Sequence record: PZ386947.1 | Strand: one strand, 5' to 3' | DNA length: 64,000 bases | Origin: a phage | Part shown: piece after piece, positions 38,696 through 48,131 of the stretch | Layout of the letters: every line of letters starts with the position of its first letter | Numbering within the stretch: the stretch's first letter is position 1 | Notes under the pieces: model-generated | What the model saw: only the letters and a program-made list of their open reading frames with translations | Databases searched by the model: none | What the model was told of the DNA's origin: nothing | Made by a program: the position numbers and the translations under genes

Positions 38696-40378
38696 TTAAA
38701 CCATTACAGTAAATCGACCAACTTTCTTCATTTGAAGATGCTGACCATATTCTTGCGGGTCATGGTCTTTATGTGAAATTATAAAAACATTAGTGTTTTT
38801 CATTGAATTTATAATATTAGCTACACCTTTAATACCTTCGGCATCAAATGACCCATCAAACACTTCATCGAGTATTAATGTACTAATACTAACACCAGAT
38901 ACAATAGAAGCAATATCACGCCAAGTAAATAAAAGAGCAATATCAATTCGTGCTTTTTCACCTTCACTAAATGAAGCATAACTAAAATCTTCACGACCAC
39001 GGGATTTAATTGTCTCATTAAATTCTTCATCTAATGTAAACACATAATCCGCTTCCATTATTTTAAGATAATGGTTAATCTGCTTATTAAATAATGGAAT
39101 GTACTTTTTAATAATAGCACCTTTAATACCAGAATCTTTGAGCATATCAGTCAAAATTCCTCGGTGGTATTTTTCCATTACTAAATTAGTTTTTGTCTTA
39201 ACAATTTTATCAAGTTCTTCTTGAAGCAGTGCTATTTCATCAGCATGGTCAATAAACTCAGAAGATGCTTTTTCTATAGCCGCTTTAACTTTTTTGGCTT
39301 TATCTACCGTCGTGATTAGAGATTGCTTTTTATTGCGAATATCATTTGCCAACGACTGTTGGGTTTTAATATTATCTCGGTATTCATCAACAAGAACTTT
39401 TAAATTATCACGATGTGTTGAAAGCTGTTCAAACGAATGCGTACATTCAGAAACTTTATCTTTAATTTTAGAAACAACTTTATCACCGGAACTCAATTGT
39501 GACAAACAGGTTGGACATAATCCACCTTCGTGATACATATTAATGACTTTATTATACGAGTCAATTTTTGATTTAATTAAAACTGCTTCTTGACCGATTT
39601 TATTAAATGCATCAGTCGGGTCTTCATCCAAAACAATATTAACTAATCTTTCGTTAGCTTCTTCTATTTCCGATTTTAGCGTTCTAGCTTCTTTTGCCAA
39701 ATCATCATACATATTTTGCAGACGAGTAAGGTTGTCACCCGTTAATTTTTTCTGGCGTTCAACGTTATCATTATATATTTTAATTTGTTGGATAATACTA
39801 TCTTTTTTAACATCAAGCACTTGGTTCTGCGAATTTAATTCACGTATTAGTGCTTTATTAAGCTTATCCATTTCAGCTAATGTTCCTACCTCAAGCAGGT
39901 CTTCCACAAGCTTTCTTCGCGCAGGGGTCGACAAACCCATGAAAGGGGTATACCCTGCTGTACCAAGGACAACAATCTGCTTGAAACTGGCATATGACAT
40001 TCCGATAAGCTGTTCAAATTCTGCTTGGAAATCTTTACTGCTGGCAGATTCATTAAGACGTGTACCGTTAACGGTGATTTCGAAAACGTTTGGTTTTTGT
40101 CCTCTTTTGATATAGTACTTTTTCTCATCATATTCCATCCACAGTTCAACTAAAAGTTCTTTCTTATTTGTGCTGTTTATTAATTGACCTTTCTTTACAT
40201 CACGAAATGGTTTGCCAAAAAGCCCAAATGTGATGGCTTCTAACATAGTAGACTTACCACCGCCATTTCGGCCAGTAATAAGAGTTTTTTGAACCTTATC
40301 TAATTGAATGTCAACTCCATTTTGACCAACTGACATTATATTTTTATATTTTACTCTATTAAGTTTAAATGATTTCAT
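38696..40378 (-). CDS. 46: gp46, recombination nuclease subunit (Rad50/SbcC-like ATPase)
   Basis: 560 aa as T4 gp46; Walker A GRNGGGKST, long coiled coil, signature SGGE. Confidence 0.85.
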   Translation of the reverse strand: MKSFKLNRVKYKNIMSVGQNGVDIQLDKVQKTLITGRNGGGKSTMLEAITFGLFGKPFRDVKKGQLINSTNKKELLVELWMEYDEKKYYIKRGQKPNVFEITVNGTRLNESASSKDFQAEFEQLIGMSYASFKQIVVLGTAGYTPFMGLSTPARRKLVEDLLEVGTLAEMDKLNKALIRELNSQNQVLDVKKDSIIQQIKIYNDNVERQKKLTGDNLTRLQNMYDDLAKEARTLKSEIEEANERLVNIVLDEDPTDAFNKIGQEAVLIKSKIDSYNKVINMYHEGGLCPTCLSQLSSGDKVVSKIKDKVSECTHSFEQLSTHRDNLKVLVDEYRDNIKTQQSLANDIRNKKQSLITTVDKAKKVKAAIEKASSEFIDHADEIALLQEELDKIVKTKTNLVMEKYHRGILTDMLKDSGIKGAIIKKYIPLFNKQINHYLKIMEADYVFTLDEEFNETIKSRGREDFSYASFSEGEKARIDIALLFTWRDIASIVSGVSISTLILDEVFDGSFDAEGIKGVANIINSMKNTNVFIISHKDHDPQEYGQHLQMKKVGRFTVMV

Positions 40379-40393
40379 TTTGTATCCAATTGT

Positions 40394-41248
40394 TCACAAT
40401 GAAGAAAATTCTTTAACTAAAGCCTGTAATGAAGCCTCTATTGGATATCCATTCTTAACTAACATTTTCCTAAACATTACATGTTTAGGACGATTATATG
40501 ATATCCACAATTCATACAATTTATCTTTATTATCCCAATGATAGCCTTTTCGTCGAGATGCTATATGAGCTTTTCTAATCTCCGGATTTTTCCAACTAGC
40601 AGCTACTGAATTTGATATAGCTATTTTATATTCAGGTTTTGATAAAGCAGCACGAACAGCCTTTTGGTGTTTAATTTTATTTTCTTCGTTATTAAACCAT
40701 TCCCTTGAAGCCATTGAAATTTTTTGTTTTGTTTTAAAATTATTTAATCTTTCTTTATTATCTTTCCTATTTTTTGCTACTGAAAAATATTTTAATGCCC
40801 TTTCTCTAGCAGCATTTCTATTTTGCGGATTTGAATAATACTGTTGAAGCCTTTTTGATATTGTGTCACTTACATCTTGTTTTATAAAACTATATTCAGC
40901 AGCTATTAAATCAACTTCGGCTAAAGATAAATTTTTATATGTTTTTCCTGACATCATTCTATTTAAAGCATTTAGCATTTTTCCATTTTTACCTTTTGCT
41001 AATAAGAAGTGTGCTTTAAAATGATTAAAATGACTTAAATTAACTAAATTCCATGTAGATTTTAAATATTCAGGAAATATTGATTTAGGAAGCACGTGGT
41101 GTGCTTCCGTTTTACCTGGAGTTTTAACAGTTGAATTCACAGAAATAAAATTAATGTAAGACTTGGCGTCTTCTTCACTCAACGCTAATTTTTCAACTAA
41201 TTCCTTTATTAAAAATTCATCATTAATGTCAAGTTTAAAATTCTTCAC
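40394..41248 (-). CDS. HNH homing endonuclease-like protein with NUMOD3-like repeats (284 aa)
   Basis: HNH motif EAHHVLPKS...NLVNL...HFNHFKAH; GTG start with SD AAGGAATCTTTT; no equivalent recalled at this T4 position. Confidence 0.6.
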   Translation of the reverse strand: MKNFKLDINDEFLIKELVEKLALSEEDAKSYINFISVNSTVKTPGKTEAHHVLPKSIFPEYLKSTWNLVNLSHFNHFKAHFLLAKGKNGKMLNALNRMMSGKTYKNLSLAEVDLIAAEYSFIKQDVSDTISKRLQQYYSNPQNRNAARERALKYFSVAKNRKDNKERLNNFKTKQKISMASREWFNNEENKIKHQKAVRAALSKPEYKIAISNSVAASWKNPEIRKAHIASRRKGYHWDNKDKLYELWISYNRPKHVMFRKMLVKNGYPIEASLQALVKEFSSL

Positions 41249-41508
41249 AAAAGATTCCTTTTAATGTATCTTTTAGACCATTCTATCATATCATCATAAT
41301 CTAAAAAGTATTCATCAAATTCAGCCATGCAAACAACGCCTTGTGCTGCTTTTGATGTGATATAAATTATTCCAACATATCTAGAATCTTCTTCGGTGTA
41401 ATCAATATTTGCTATGAATTCATCATTAATGTCAAATGTCGAAAACTTCACAGTATGCATCCTTAATACAAGATACAGCCATATCTCGTAATGATTTAGG
41501 TGTGTCAT
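41245..41508 (-). CDS. hypothetical protein (87 aa; alternative ATG at 41460)
   Basis: ORF track; overlaps next ORF by up to 77 nt; start uncertain. Confidence 0.4.
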   Translation of the reverse strand: MTHLNHYEIWLYLVLRMHTVKFSTFDINDEFIANIDYTEEDSRYVGIIYITSKAAQGVVCMAEFDEYFLDYDDMIEWSKRYIKRNLL

Positions 41509-41695
41509 TATCTAAAATGTTGAAGTTAAAAGATACAGCCCAGTCAGTGCAGACTGTAACCTTTTTAATACAATTATCTTCAACCTCTAGCGGTTCAAAC
41601 CAATATTCAATAATTTCTTTATGACCAATATCATCTTTTACTTCGCATTCAAAATGCTGACTCATCATAACATTTTTAAATTCATCAAAAGTCAT
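41432..41695 (-). CDS. hypothetical protein (87 aa)
   Basis: ORF track; ATGA overlap with gene 47 stop. Confidence 0.45.
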   Translation of the reverse strand: MTFDEFKNVMMSQHFECEVKDDIGHKEIIEYWFEPLEVEDNCIKKVTVCTDWAVSFNFNILDNDTPKSLRDMAVSCIKDAYCEVFDI

Positions 41696-42711
41696 TGTGT
41701 TGCCTCTACATATAGCTGATTCGCATATTGAATAAGTGCTTCACGGTCAGAATCAGTGATGTCTGGAATTGCATTAATGTATTCTTCCATCAACGTCTGA
41801 AGAGATTGAACTTCAACTTCTTCACTTTCATCTGACTCGACAGAGTTATCAATTTTTGACACAACTCGTAATGAATGCACAACTTTTTCTAGTTCAGATT
41901 CGAACTTCGTCAGATTTTTGTCTACCTCAGTTACTATAACACGTACTGATAGATTTGTAAAATCTTTATAGTCAATTTTTCCTTTAAATGGATAATGAAT
42001 TCTACGATGCCAGGTAGTATTGTTTGGAATAAATTCCATTCGTTCTGTTTCTGTATCAAACATCCAGAACCCACGAGGGTCATTCTCGTCACCTGCAGTT
42101 AGTGTCCATGGTGTCCCAATATATCTGACGTTAGCAGCCTCAGAGATAGTATGGAAGTGACCAGACCACACCTCTTTATAAGTCTTAAGGAAATCAGGTT
42201 CAAGACCGTGAGATTTCATTCCTTTATAAAAATAAAATCCATTCAGCTCCCAGTGACCAACACAAAAAGAAGCAGATGAAGTTTTGATGTGTTCAAGAAT
42301 TTCACCAGTATTTTCTTCACACATCCAAGGAATTAAATCAATCAAACATCCGTCAAAATCTACTGTAGTAGGCTTATCATACACTTTAACATTAGGATAT
42401 TTAGCCAAAAGCTCAGTAGAGGCATTTGGAGTTAAAGTATTTTTAAAGTGCATATCATGGTTTCCTACAACAGTATGTAGGGTAATACCAGCATCATCAA
42501 GCATTTGAACTATTTCACGAGCGAACTCCATAGTTTTATGTGTGATTGCTTTTCGCACATCAAAAATATCACCATATTGAATCCATACAGTAATTCCATT
42601 TTTCTTAGAATATTCTATCGCTTGCTTAATTCCATCAATTTGAATACCGCGAATCCACTCATCATCGGCTTTAACGCCTAAATGCCAATCACCTAAATTT
42701 AAAATTTTCAT
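41692..42711 (-). CDS. 47: gp47, recombination nuclease subunit (Mre11/SbcD-like)
   Basis: 339 aa as T4 gp47; phosphoesterase motifs DWHLG, GDIFD, GNHD. Confidence 0.85.
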   Translation of the reverse strand: MKILNLGDWHLGVKADDEWIRGIQIDGIKQAIEYSKKNGITVWIQYGDIFDVRKAITHKTMEFAREIVQMLDDAGITLHTVVGNHDMHFKNTLTPNASTELLAKYPNVKVYDKPTTVDFDGCLIDLIPWMCEENTGEILEHIKTSSASFCVGHWELNGFYFYKGMKSHGLEPDFLKTYKEVWSGHFHTISEAANVRYIGTPWTLTAGDENDPRGFWMFDTETERMEFIPNNTTWHRRIHYPFKGKIDYKDFTNLSVRVIVTEVDKNLTKFESELEKVVHSLRVVSKIDNSVESDESEEVEVQSLQTLMEEYINAIPDITDSDREALIQYANQLYVEATQ

Positions 42712-42848
42712 ATATCAAGAACCGTCATTGAAATGCAAAATAAAATTATTGAAATAAACCCATCTGGTGTGCTAAAGAACCCAATCCAACATGCTCTAGT
42801 GAATAGATAAAATGCAAGAAAAAGTATCACATATCCAAGAAATATCAT
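42708..42848 (-). CDS. small membrane protein (46 aa), 47.1 position
   Basis: ATG 42846-42848 after SD ACGGAG; stop overlaps gene 47 ATG (ATGA); below track cutoff. Confidence 0.45.
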   Translation of the reverse strand: MIFLGYVILFLAFYLFTRACWIGFFSTPDGFISIILFCISMTVLDI

Positions 42849-42870
42849 TATATCAAACTCCGTATAAAGC

Positions 42871-42890
42871 TAAAGGGCCGAAGCCCTTTA
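42871..42890 (-). terminator. UUCG-tetraloop hairpin downstream of agt
   Basis: taaagggc cgaa gcccttta overlapping agt stop. Confidence 0.5.
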
Positions 42891-44090
42891 TTTTGTAATA
42901 ATGTCAAACTGTTCTTTAAAGCAGAAGCTTGAATCTTGATGCTGATACAAAAATTCATATGCTTTTTCTCGCTCACGGTCATAAAGAGCTCGGTCAGATG
43001 ACAGTTCTTTAATACGTTCAAATGTTGATTCCATATCATTTTCATCAAACCAAATGATACCGCTATCATGCGAGGTCAAAGGAGTATTATCAACACGGAA
43101 TTTTAAATTTTCGCCAGTAGATTTCCAAAATACCGGAATTGTTCCACATGCACCAAGCTCGAGATGAGTATATTCTAAAGAACGTTGTAGATATTTTTTA
43201 TCCAACTTACTCAACTGATAACCAAATCCGGATTTACTCATACGTTCAAGCATTTCGCTATTTACATAACGGTCAAGAATTTGCGTTGGCAAATTAGGAG
43301 CAATTTTAATTTGGTCTACTTGATGAAGACGATAATACTCGTATGGAATTCCTTTTTCTTTAATAGGAATGAACGCTGGAGAACGTTCCAGACCTTCCAT
43401 AATAGTACTTAGTCCTGCAGGTTTAAGATGTTTTTCGTGAAAATCAAACATCTGATAAAAACCTTTCCATGTAGTCGTACGACCAATCCAACGGTTGATA
43501 TTCATGTTAATTTCAGAAACATCTTTCCAGTAGGTTGACCGAACCTTCGCAATATCCATAGGAGGCTGAAAGTTATATACTGTCGGTGCTTCTTCAATAT
43601 CATCAAACAGAGAAACTGTTTCTGGATACCATTCTTTCATCAGAACTTTATTAAAATCGCCATTATCAGAATGACTAAAAATAACATCAGCTCGACGAAC
43701 AGTTTCTTCTAATCCCAAATTTCGGCGCAAAGAAAGAGAAGAATGGTCATGTTGATAAACTACAACACGAACAGAAGGTTTAATGTTATCAATAATTTTT
43801 TTATAGTTATTAATAGTGTCTTCTTCAACCGAAGTAGCAGGAACTGAATTGATAATTAGAATATCACAATCATTTACCAGCTTAAGTGTTTTATCATATT
43901 CTTTTGCCAATAAAACCGGAATTGAAAATGATTTATAATCATGCGCGCAATTACGAGTAAATGATTTATCTTTAGCATAAACCAAAGTTACTTCATGACC
44001 ATTTTTAATAAACCAATCACGTTGCTCAAGAGAAAATTTAGTTACACCACAACCTTCAAGACCTCGAGCCATAAAAATACATACTTTCAT
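42888..44090 (-). CDS. agt: alpha-glucosyltransferase
   Basis: 400 aa as T4 alpha-gt; SD AAGAGGATATTAA. Confidence 0.85.
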   Translation of the reverse strand: MKVCIFMARGLEGCGVTKFSLEQRDWFIKNGHEVTLVYAKDKSFTRNCAHDYKSFSIPVLLAKEYDKTLKLVNDCDILIINSVPATSVEEDTINNYKKIIDNIKPSVRVVVYQHDHSSLSLRRNLGLEETVRRADVIFSHSDNGDFNKVLMKEWYPETVSLFDDIEEAPTVYNFQPPMDIAKVRSTYWKDVSEINMNINRWIGRTTTWKGFYQMFDFHEKHLKPAGLSTIMEGLERSPAFIPIKEKGIPYEYYRLHQVDQIKIAPNLPTQILDRYVNSEMLERMSKSGFGYQLSKLDKKYLQRSLEYTHLELGACGTIPVFWKSTGENLKFRVDNTPLTSHDSGIIWFDENDMESTFERIKELSSDRALYDREREKAYEFLYQHQDSSFCFKEQFDIITK

Positions 44091-44114
44091 TTAATATCCT
44101 CTTTGTTTTGGTTT

Positions 44115-44140
44115 ATTTTACCAAAAATTTATAAAGCAAT
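44115..44140 (-). promoter_or_regulatory. MotA-dependent middle promoter upstream of agt
   Basis: MotA box ATTGCTTTA, 11-nt spacer, TAAAAT. Confidence 0.45.
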
Positions 44141-44160
44141 ATAGGAGCCGAAGCTCCTAT
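44141..44160 (-). terminator. UUCG-tetraloop hairpin
   Basis: ataggagc cgaa gctcctat. Confidence 0.45.
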
Positions 44161-44330
44161 CCACATAATACGCCATACAGAGACTCGTTAGAACTTTTAA
44201 ATTTTATGCGCTTATATGTTATAGTTCCTTCTGCTTTAGCTTTATCATGAGACTCTTTAAAGCGTCTCATCATTTCCTCTTTAGAGGAACGAATTTTATT
44301 ATAATCTATTTCAGAAGTCTGGATGTTCAT
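44157..44330 (-). CDS. small hypothetical protein (57 aa)
   Basis: ATG 44328-44330; stop inside hairpin; weak SD; below track cutoff. Confidence 0.35.
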   Translation of the reverse strand: MNIQTSEIDYNKIRSSKEEMMRRFKESHDKAKAEGTITYKRIKFKSSNESLYGVLCG

Positions 44331-44333
44331 CTT

Positions 44334-44537
44334 TCACAGTTGCCACCATTTTTTGACTTGATAAGAATCAACCCACACTTTCATATTAGGGTCTGCTCTT
44401 ACAATAGGAGGATTAACTTCTTTAATTGAACTATCATGGTATTCTTTTTCAGAAATTTTCACACAAAGATGACCATTCAAAGATTCAGTAAATCCTGCAT
44501 TAATTTTAAGACGCTTGAATTTTACGTGTGTAAGCAT
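44334..44537 (-). CDS. hypothetical protein (67 aa)
   Basis: ATG 44535-44537 after SD TTGAGGATATGATTG. Confidence 0.4.
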   Translation of the reverse strand: MLTHVKFKRLKINAGFTESLNGHLCVKISEKEYHDSSIKEVNPPIVRADPNMKVWVDSYQVKKWWQL

Positions 44538-44823
44538 CAATCATATCCTCAATTTGCGATCTAGTAGTCTTCCAAAGAATACTGATGAGTTCATCGTTAT
44601 ATGGCTGTTTTAGAATATCCCGACTTTTCTTGATAGCATATTCGTATTGAGCAAAATTATTGTTTTCAGCTGCGATCTGAGCGTGCTTATAAAGACGATT
44701 CAGTTCGCGTTTGTTTTTAGACAATAACTTATTTGCTTTTCTTTCTGCTTCAAGACGGTTCTTTTCTTCAATAGAAGAAATAAGCTTTTCCACTTCATCA
44801 TTAATTTCGGGTTTATCAGTCAT
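44506..44823 (-). CDS. hypothetical protein (105 aa)
   Basis: ORF track; SD AGAGAAATAAT. Confidence 0.5.
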   Translation of the reverse strand: MTDKPEINDEVEKLISSIEEKNRLEAERKANKLLSKNKRELNRLYKHAQIAAENNNFAQYEYAIKKSRDILKQPYNDELISILWKTTRSQIEDMIDAYTRKIQAS

Positions 44824-44824
44824 A

Positions 44825-45043
44825 TTATTTCTCTAATATAAAATAAAAATCATCATCTGTTAAATGATACCTGTAATTTAATTCTACACCATTAGATTTA
44901 AAAGCGGTATCATACGGATTTTCTGGATCAATATCAATGTCAAGAGCTAAAACTTCCCTGAGATACATTTTAAGTAAATAGGGAATAGCTTCAACTTCAG
45001 GTATTTCTTCCAAGAATCCGGAGAGGTTAATCGTTAGCCTCAT
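44825..45043 (-). CDS. hypothetical protein (72 aa)
   Basis: ORF track; ATG overlaps gp55 3' end by 17 nt; no clear SD. Confidence 0.4.
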
Positions 45044-45584
45044 ATAAAAAATCCAAACTAGGAGAATCGTCTACAACACTTTTCTTTTCAGCCCCCGGTG
45101 TTCTATAGGTTGATTCTTCGTAATGCGTCATTTTATCGTAAATGTCTTGAATAAAAGTTTCATCTACTAACGCAACCATATCGTCGTCACGGCTGTCATA
45201 GACATTGTGAACGAAGTAACTATATTTCTTTGCAACTTCCTTACGTTCTTTTTTAATACGTTGGACGAATGCATTAAAACAAGCTTGAGTTATATACGCA
45301 TGTGGGTTTTTATATTTCGTTTCATCAAAATTATGAAGCCCCTTAATAGAAGCTTCTATACCATCTGCAATCATTTCTTGTTTCCAAGACTGGGTGTATC
45401 CTGAAAAGTTGAAACGTTTAGATAAGCCTTCTGCAATAAGCATAATGGCTAATCCGATAGTATCATTCTGACGAACTACTTTATTTGGGTCTTTATTATT
45501 TGCTAATTCTGTTTTCCAATCAATAATAGCTTGTAAAAGCTCTTTATTGTTTACGTAATTATATTTAGGCTTAGTTTCTGACAT
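45027..45584 (-). CDS. 55: gp55, late-transcription sigma factor
   Basis: 185 aa from ATG 45582-45584 (SD AAGAGGTGAAA); sequence recognised ([24 protein letters not shown]...). Confidence 0.85.
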
Positions 45585-45662
45585 TTTCACCTCTTAGCTC
45601 AATTCATAGATCTATTATATCATAATATTTGAAGATCTATCTTAAAGCATAGAGGATATCAG

Positions 45663-45932
45663 TTATCTAAGTAAACAGTATGCTTGGAACACTTTATCCA
45701 TCATCTTTTTAAATTCATGAATATCTATATAATGACTAGTTAGATCAGCATGATATAAAAAGTCTAAAAACTTTTCATGTGTACTAACATATTCACTTTC
45801 ATTTAATTCAGAAACATGACTTTCCCAATATCCAACACCAGTCTTATTTGGGAAAAATGAAATTTTCATGTATTGGTCAACATAGAAAATGCCATAATTT
45901 TCAATAGTAATAGAAATATTAATAAATTTCAT
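45663..45932 (-). CDS. hypothetical protein (89 aa), 55.x region
   Basis: ORF track; ATGA overlap with upstream gene. Confidence 0.45.
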   Translation of the reverse strand: MKFINISITIENYGIFYVDQYMKISFFPNKTGVGYWESHVSELNESEYVSTHEKFLDFLYHADLTSHYIDIHEFKKMMDKVFQAYCLLR

Positions 45933-46150
45933 ACATTCATCAACTTAGCCGCTTCAAGAGCTGCATCTAGTGAATCAAATTGATCAACATATTCAATCAA
46001 TTCGCCGTAATTGGCATATAACCACCATTGGCTAAATTCATACTCAAGGATGAATCCGTTTCCTTCAATTTGAGTTAAACCAATGCCATTTGTATTTACT
46101 TCATATCCGGCAAGACGCAAATCGTTAATAAGAGCTTCGTTCATATTCAT
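45929..46150 (-). CDS. hypothetical protein (73 aa)
   Basis: ORF track; ATGA overlap. Confidence 0.45.
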   Translation of the reverse strand: MNMNEALINDLRLAGYEVNTNGIGLTQIEGNGFILEYEFSQWWLYANYGELIEYVDQFDSLDAALEAAKLMNV

Positions 46151-46473
46151 ACCTTAGCAATTTTCAGGTCTGCAAATTTTTTCTTGCGTTGATTTTTCAT
46201 GCGACGAATAGTTTTATCGGAAATTTCATGCTTTTGATAAGCTTTAGATTCTACGCCAAAAGCTTTAACATCAAATTCCGACAAGATATATTGAACCAGC
46301 AATTCACGGACAGTATTACGTCCAATCTTCTGATCATTCTGTTTCATCGTCTGATGAAGCTCTTTTTCCCATTTATCCAAAATTTGAGGAGTTACAATAT
46401 CGCCTTTTTCTAACAAAGAAACTACTTTATCATATGCGTAAGAATTGATGGCGTTTTTAATTTGAATAGTCAT
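46147..46473 (-). CDS. hypothetical protein (108 aa)
   Basis: ORF track; SD TTGAGGATAATGT. Confidence 0.5.
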   Translation of the reverse strand: MTIQIKNAINSYAYDKVVSLLEKGDIVTPQILDKWEKELHQTMKQNDQKIGRNTVRELLVQYILSEFDVKAFGVESKAYQKHEISDKTIRRMKNQRKKKFADLKIAKV

Positions 46474-46511
46474 ACATTATCCTCAATTACGTTAAAATTT
46501 TATTATCCAAA

Positions 46512-46527
46512 AAGGGCCGAAGCCCTT
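46512..46527 (-). terminator. UUCG-tetraloop hairpin
   Basis: aagggc cgaa gccctt. Confidence 0.45.
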
Positions 46528-46726
46528 AGCTAAACTTTTTGGCACCCTTCCAGCCTTCATACATCATTGCGGCTGATATTAATATTGCTCCTGAGCAACT
46601 TGAATATTTGTGATTCCAAAACCAGTTTAGAAAAACTTCATCATCAATACCTTGGGCTATCATATTTTCAAAGAACTGACGACGAGATTCGGCAATTCGT
46701 TGTGATAATTTAGATTCAGGATTCAT
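46526..46726 (-). CDS. hypothetical protein (66 aa)
   Basis: ORF track; ATG 46724-46726. Confidence 0.45.
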   Translation of the reverse strand: MNPESKLSQRIAESRRQFFENMIAQGIDDEVFLNWFWNHKYSSCSGAILISAAMMYEGWKGAKKFS

Positions 46727-46858
46727 TTAAATTTTCCAGTTACCGTTTTCATCAATAAATTTAATCCAGTCATTTACTGACCACTTAGTTGTATCGCCTT
46801 TTGGAGTAGCATTTAAAGTATATAGTCCTTGCTTAAAAAGCATTCGTTTGATATTCAT
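46727..46858 (-). CDS. small hypothetical protein (43 aa)
   Basis: ATG 46856-46858 after SD CTGAGGAAAATAT; track ORF is upstream TTG extension. Confidence 0.35.
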   Translation of the reverse strand: MNIKRMLFKQGLYTLNATPKGDTTKWSVNDWIKFIDENGNWKI

Positions 46859-46865
46859 ATTTTCC

Positions 46866-47159
46866 TCAGCTATAACGATAACACTCGTTTGATTTACGTT
46901 TAGCAACTCGTTGAGAAGTATTATAATCAAAATCATCGTCAATGTAAACAGATTTTTTCAACTTTCTTACTTCGCCGCGTAATTGACGATTTAGCTCATC
47001 TTTAACTTCTGAATCAATACCTTTCATTCTACGCCATTTATCTGAGCGAAAAATGTTTTCAACCATATCTTTATGACTTACACCATCAGGAGCTTTACGC
47101 TTTCCGAAATAGTCATAATCACGCACTTTTAAGTCTTTACGACGATACGTTTTACCCAT
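46866..47159 (-). CDS. basic hypothetical protein (97 aa)
   Basis: ATG 47157-47159; SD AAGGAAA about 11 nt upstream; track start GTG lacks SD. Confidence 0.4.
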   Translation of the reverse strand: MGKTYRRKDLKVRDYDYFGKRKAPDGVSHKDMVENIFRSDKWRRMKGIDSEVKDELNRQLRGEVRKLKKSVYIDDDFDYNTSQRVAKRKSNECYRYS

Positions 47160-47334
47160 GGAGTTTAATTTCCTTAGCAACTGAACTAAATACAGCACGA
47201 TCACAAATCATACGTTTATGTAACTTGAGTATAATATAGCAAACTTCAAAACTATTTACATGAGTAACACGAACAGCATTACCATTAATGAGATAATACT
47301 GTCCCTTTTTAATTTCTTTATCAACCACAACCAT
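47152..47334 (-). CDS. hypothetical protein (60 aa)
   Basis: ORF track; SD TTGAGGAATTGAT; early promoter upstream. Confidence 0.4.
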   Translation of the reverse strand: MVVVDKEIKKGQYYLINGNAVRVTHVNSFEVCYIILKLHKRMICDRAVFSSVAKEIKLHG

Positions 47335-47364
47335 ATCAATTCCTCAAAGGTAATTCATATGTTA

Positions 47365-47394
47365 ATAATACCACGGTTTGAACTTGTTGTAAAC
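47365..47394 (-). promoter_or_regulatory. T4-type early promoter
   Basis: GTTTAC, 18 nt, TGG TATTAT. Confidence 0.5.
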
Positions 47395-47475
47395 AACTTT
47401 GTGAAAATTATTTTAGGGAATGATAAGAAAGGAACGATAGCTTAGAATGGTAATATACAGAATGTGAGAAAGAAA

Positions 47476-47488
47476 GGCCCAGAGGGCC
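47476..47488 (-). terminator. GC hairpin plus U-tract downstream of nrdH
   Basis: ggccc aga gggcc followed by UUUCUUUCUC on minus transcript. Confidence 0.45.
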
Positions 47489-47492
47489 CGTC

Positions 47493-47801
47493 TTAATCTT
47501 CTATGATATCTCTATCATATCCAAGTGAAATGAGAGTTTCTTTGAAGTGTTTAATGTTCTTTTGTCTAGAATCATTAATGAAAATGACTGGATAACGAAT
47601 GTTAAGAGATGTGAATCCAGCGCGTTTAGCAAGAGATACAATCAGTGGACGATCATACTCAATCTTACCGTTATTTGTAAGAACTTTATAGAAAGTAAAA
47701 GGAGCATTGAGCTCCTTTAGAAGTTTTGTAACTGATTGACATCCAGGACAACGACCTACTTCATCTGGAATTCCATAGACTTCAATCTTATTTTGTTTCA
47801 C
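47493..47801 (-). CDS. nrdH: NrdH-like glutaredoxin
   Basis: 102 aa; CPGC redox motif; GTG start with SD AAGGAATAGTT; position upstream of nrdG as in T4. Confidence 0.6.
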   Translation of the reverse strand: MKQNKIEVYGIPDEVGRCPGCQSVTKLLKELNAPFTFYKVLTNNGKIEYDRPLIVSLAKRAGFTSLNIRYPVIFINDSRQKNIKHFKETLISLGYDRDIIED

Positions 47802-47803
47802 AA

Positions 47804-48016
47804 CTATTCCTTACTAAGAGCAGCATTCAGCTTGTTAGTAATTTTATCCAGACGCTCATTGAACTCACTAGAAGATAAGCCTTTTTCTGGAGAAATTAAG
47901 CTAATCACGAAAAATACAACAATAAAAGGAATAAGGAAAATAGCTCCAACTGCCATAAACAGAAAGAATGTTACAGTTGTAAGAAAATCAGCTAAACCTT
48001 TACGAAATTTATACAT
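47804..48016 (-). CDS. small membrane protein (70 aa)
   Basis: ORF track; one long hydrophobic segment. Confidence 0.45.
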   Translation of the reverse strand: MYKFRKGLADFLTTVTFFLFMAVGAIFLIPFIVVFFVISLISPEKGLSSSEFNERLDKITNKLNAALSKE

Positions 48017-48131
48017 ATTTTACCCTTAATTGATTAACCAAGCATTGATAAGCACTAAACTATACTGCGAATAAAATTCTGGACCAAAATGAAAAATCAT
48101 ATCATTTATAGTATCCATAATGTAATTCAAT

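Noticed and set aside
41245-41695. Whether the two overlapping 87-aa ORFs are one frameshifted gene
   Set aside because: Their sequences are unrelated in the overlap and the downstream ORF has its own ATG at 41460. They are treated as two genes with an uncertain start for the first.
44247-44429. Plus-strand ORF of 60 aa upstream of agt
   Set aside because: It is antisense to two small minus-strand ORFs and lacks an SD.
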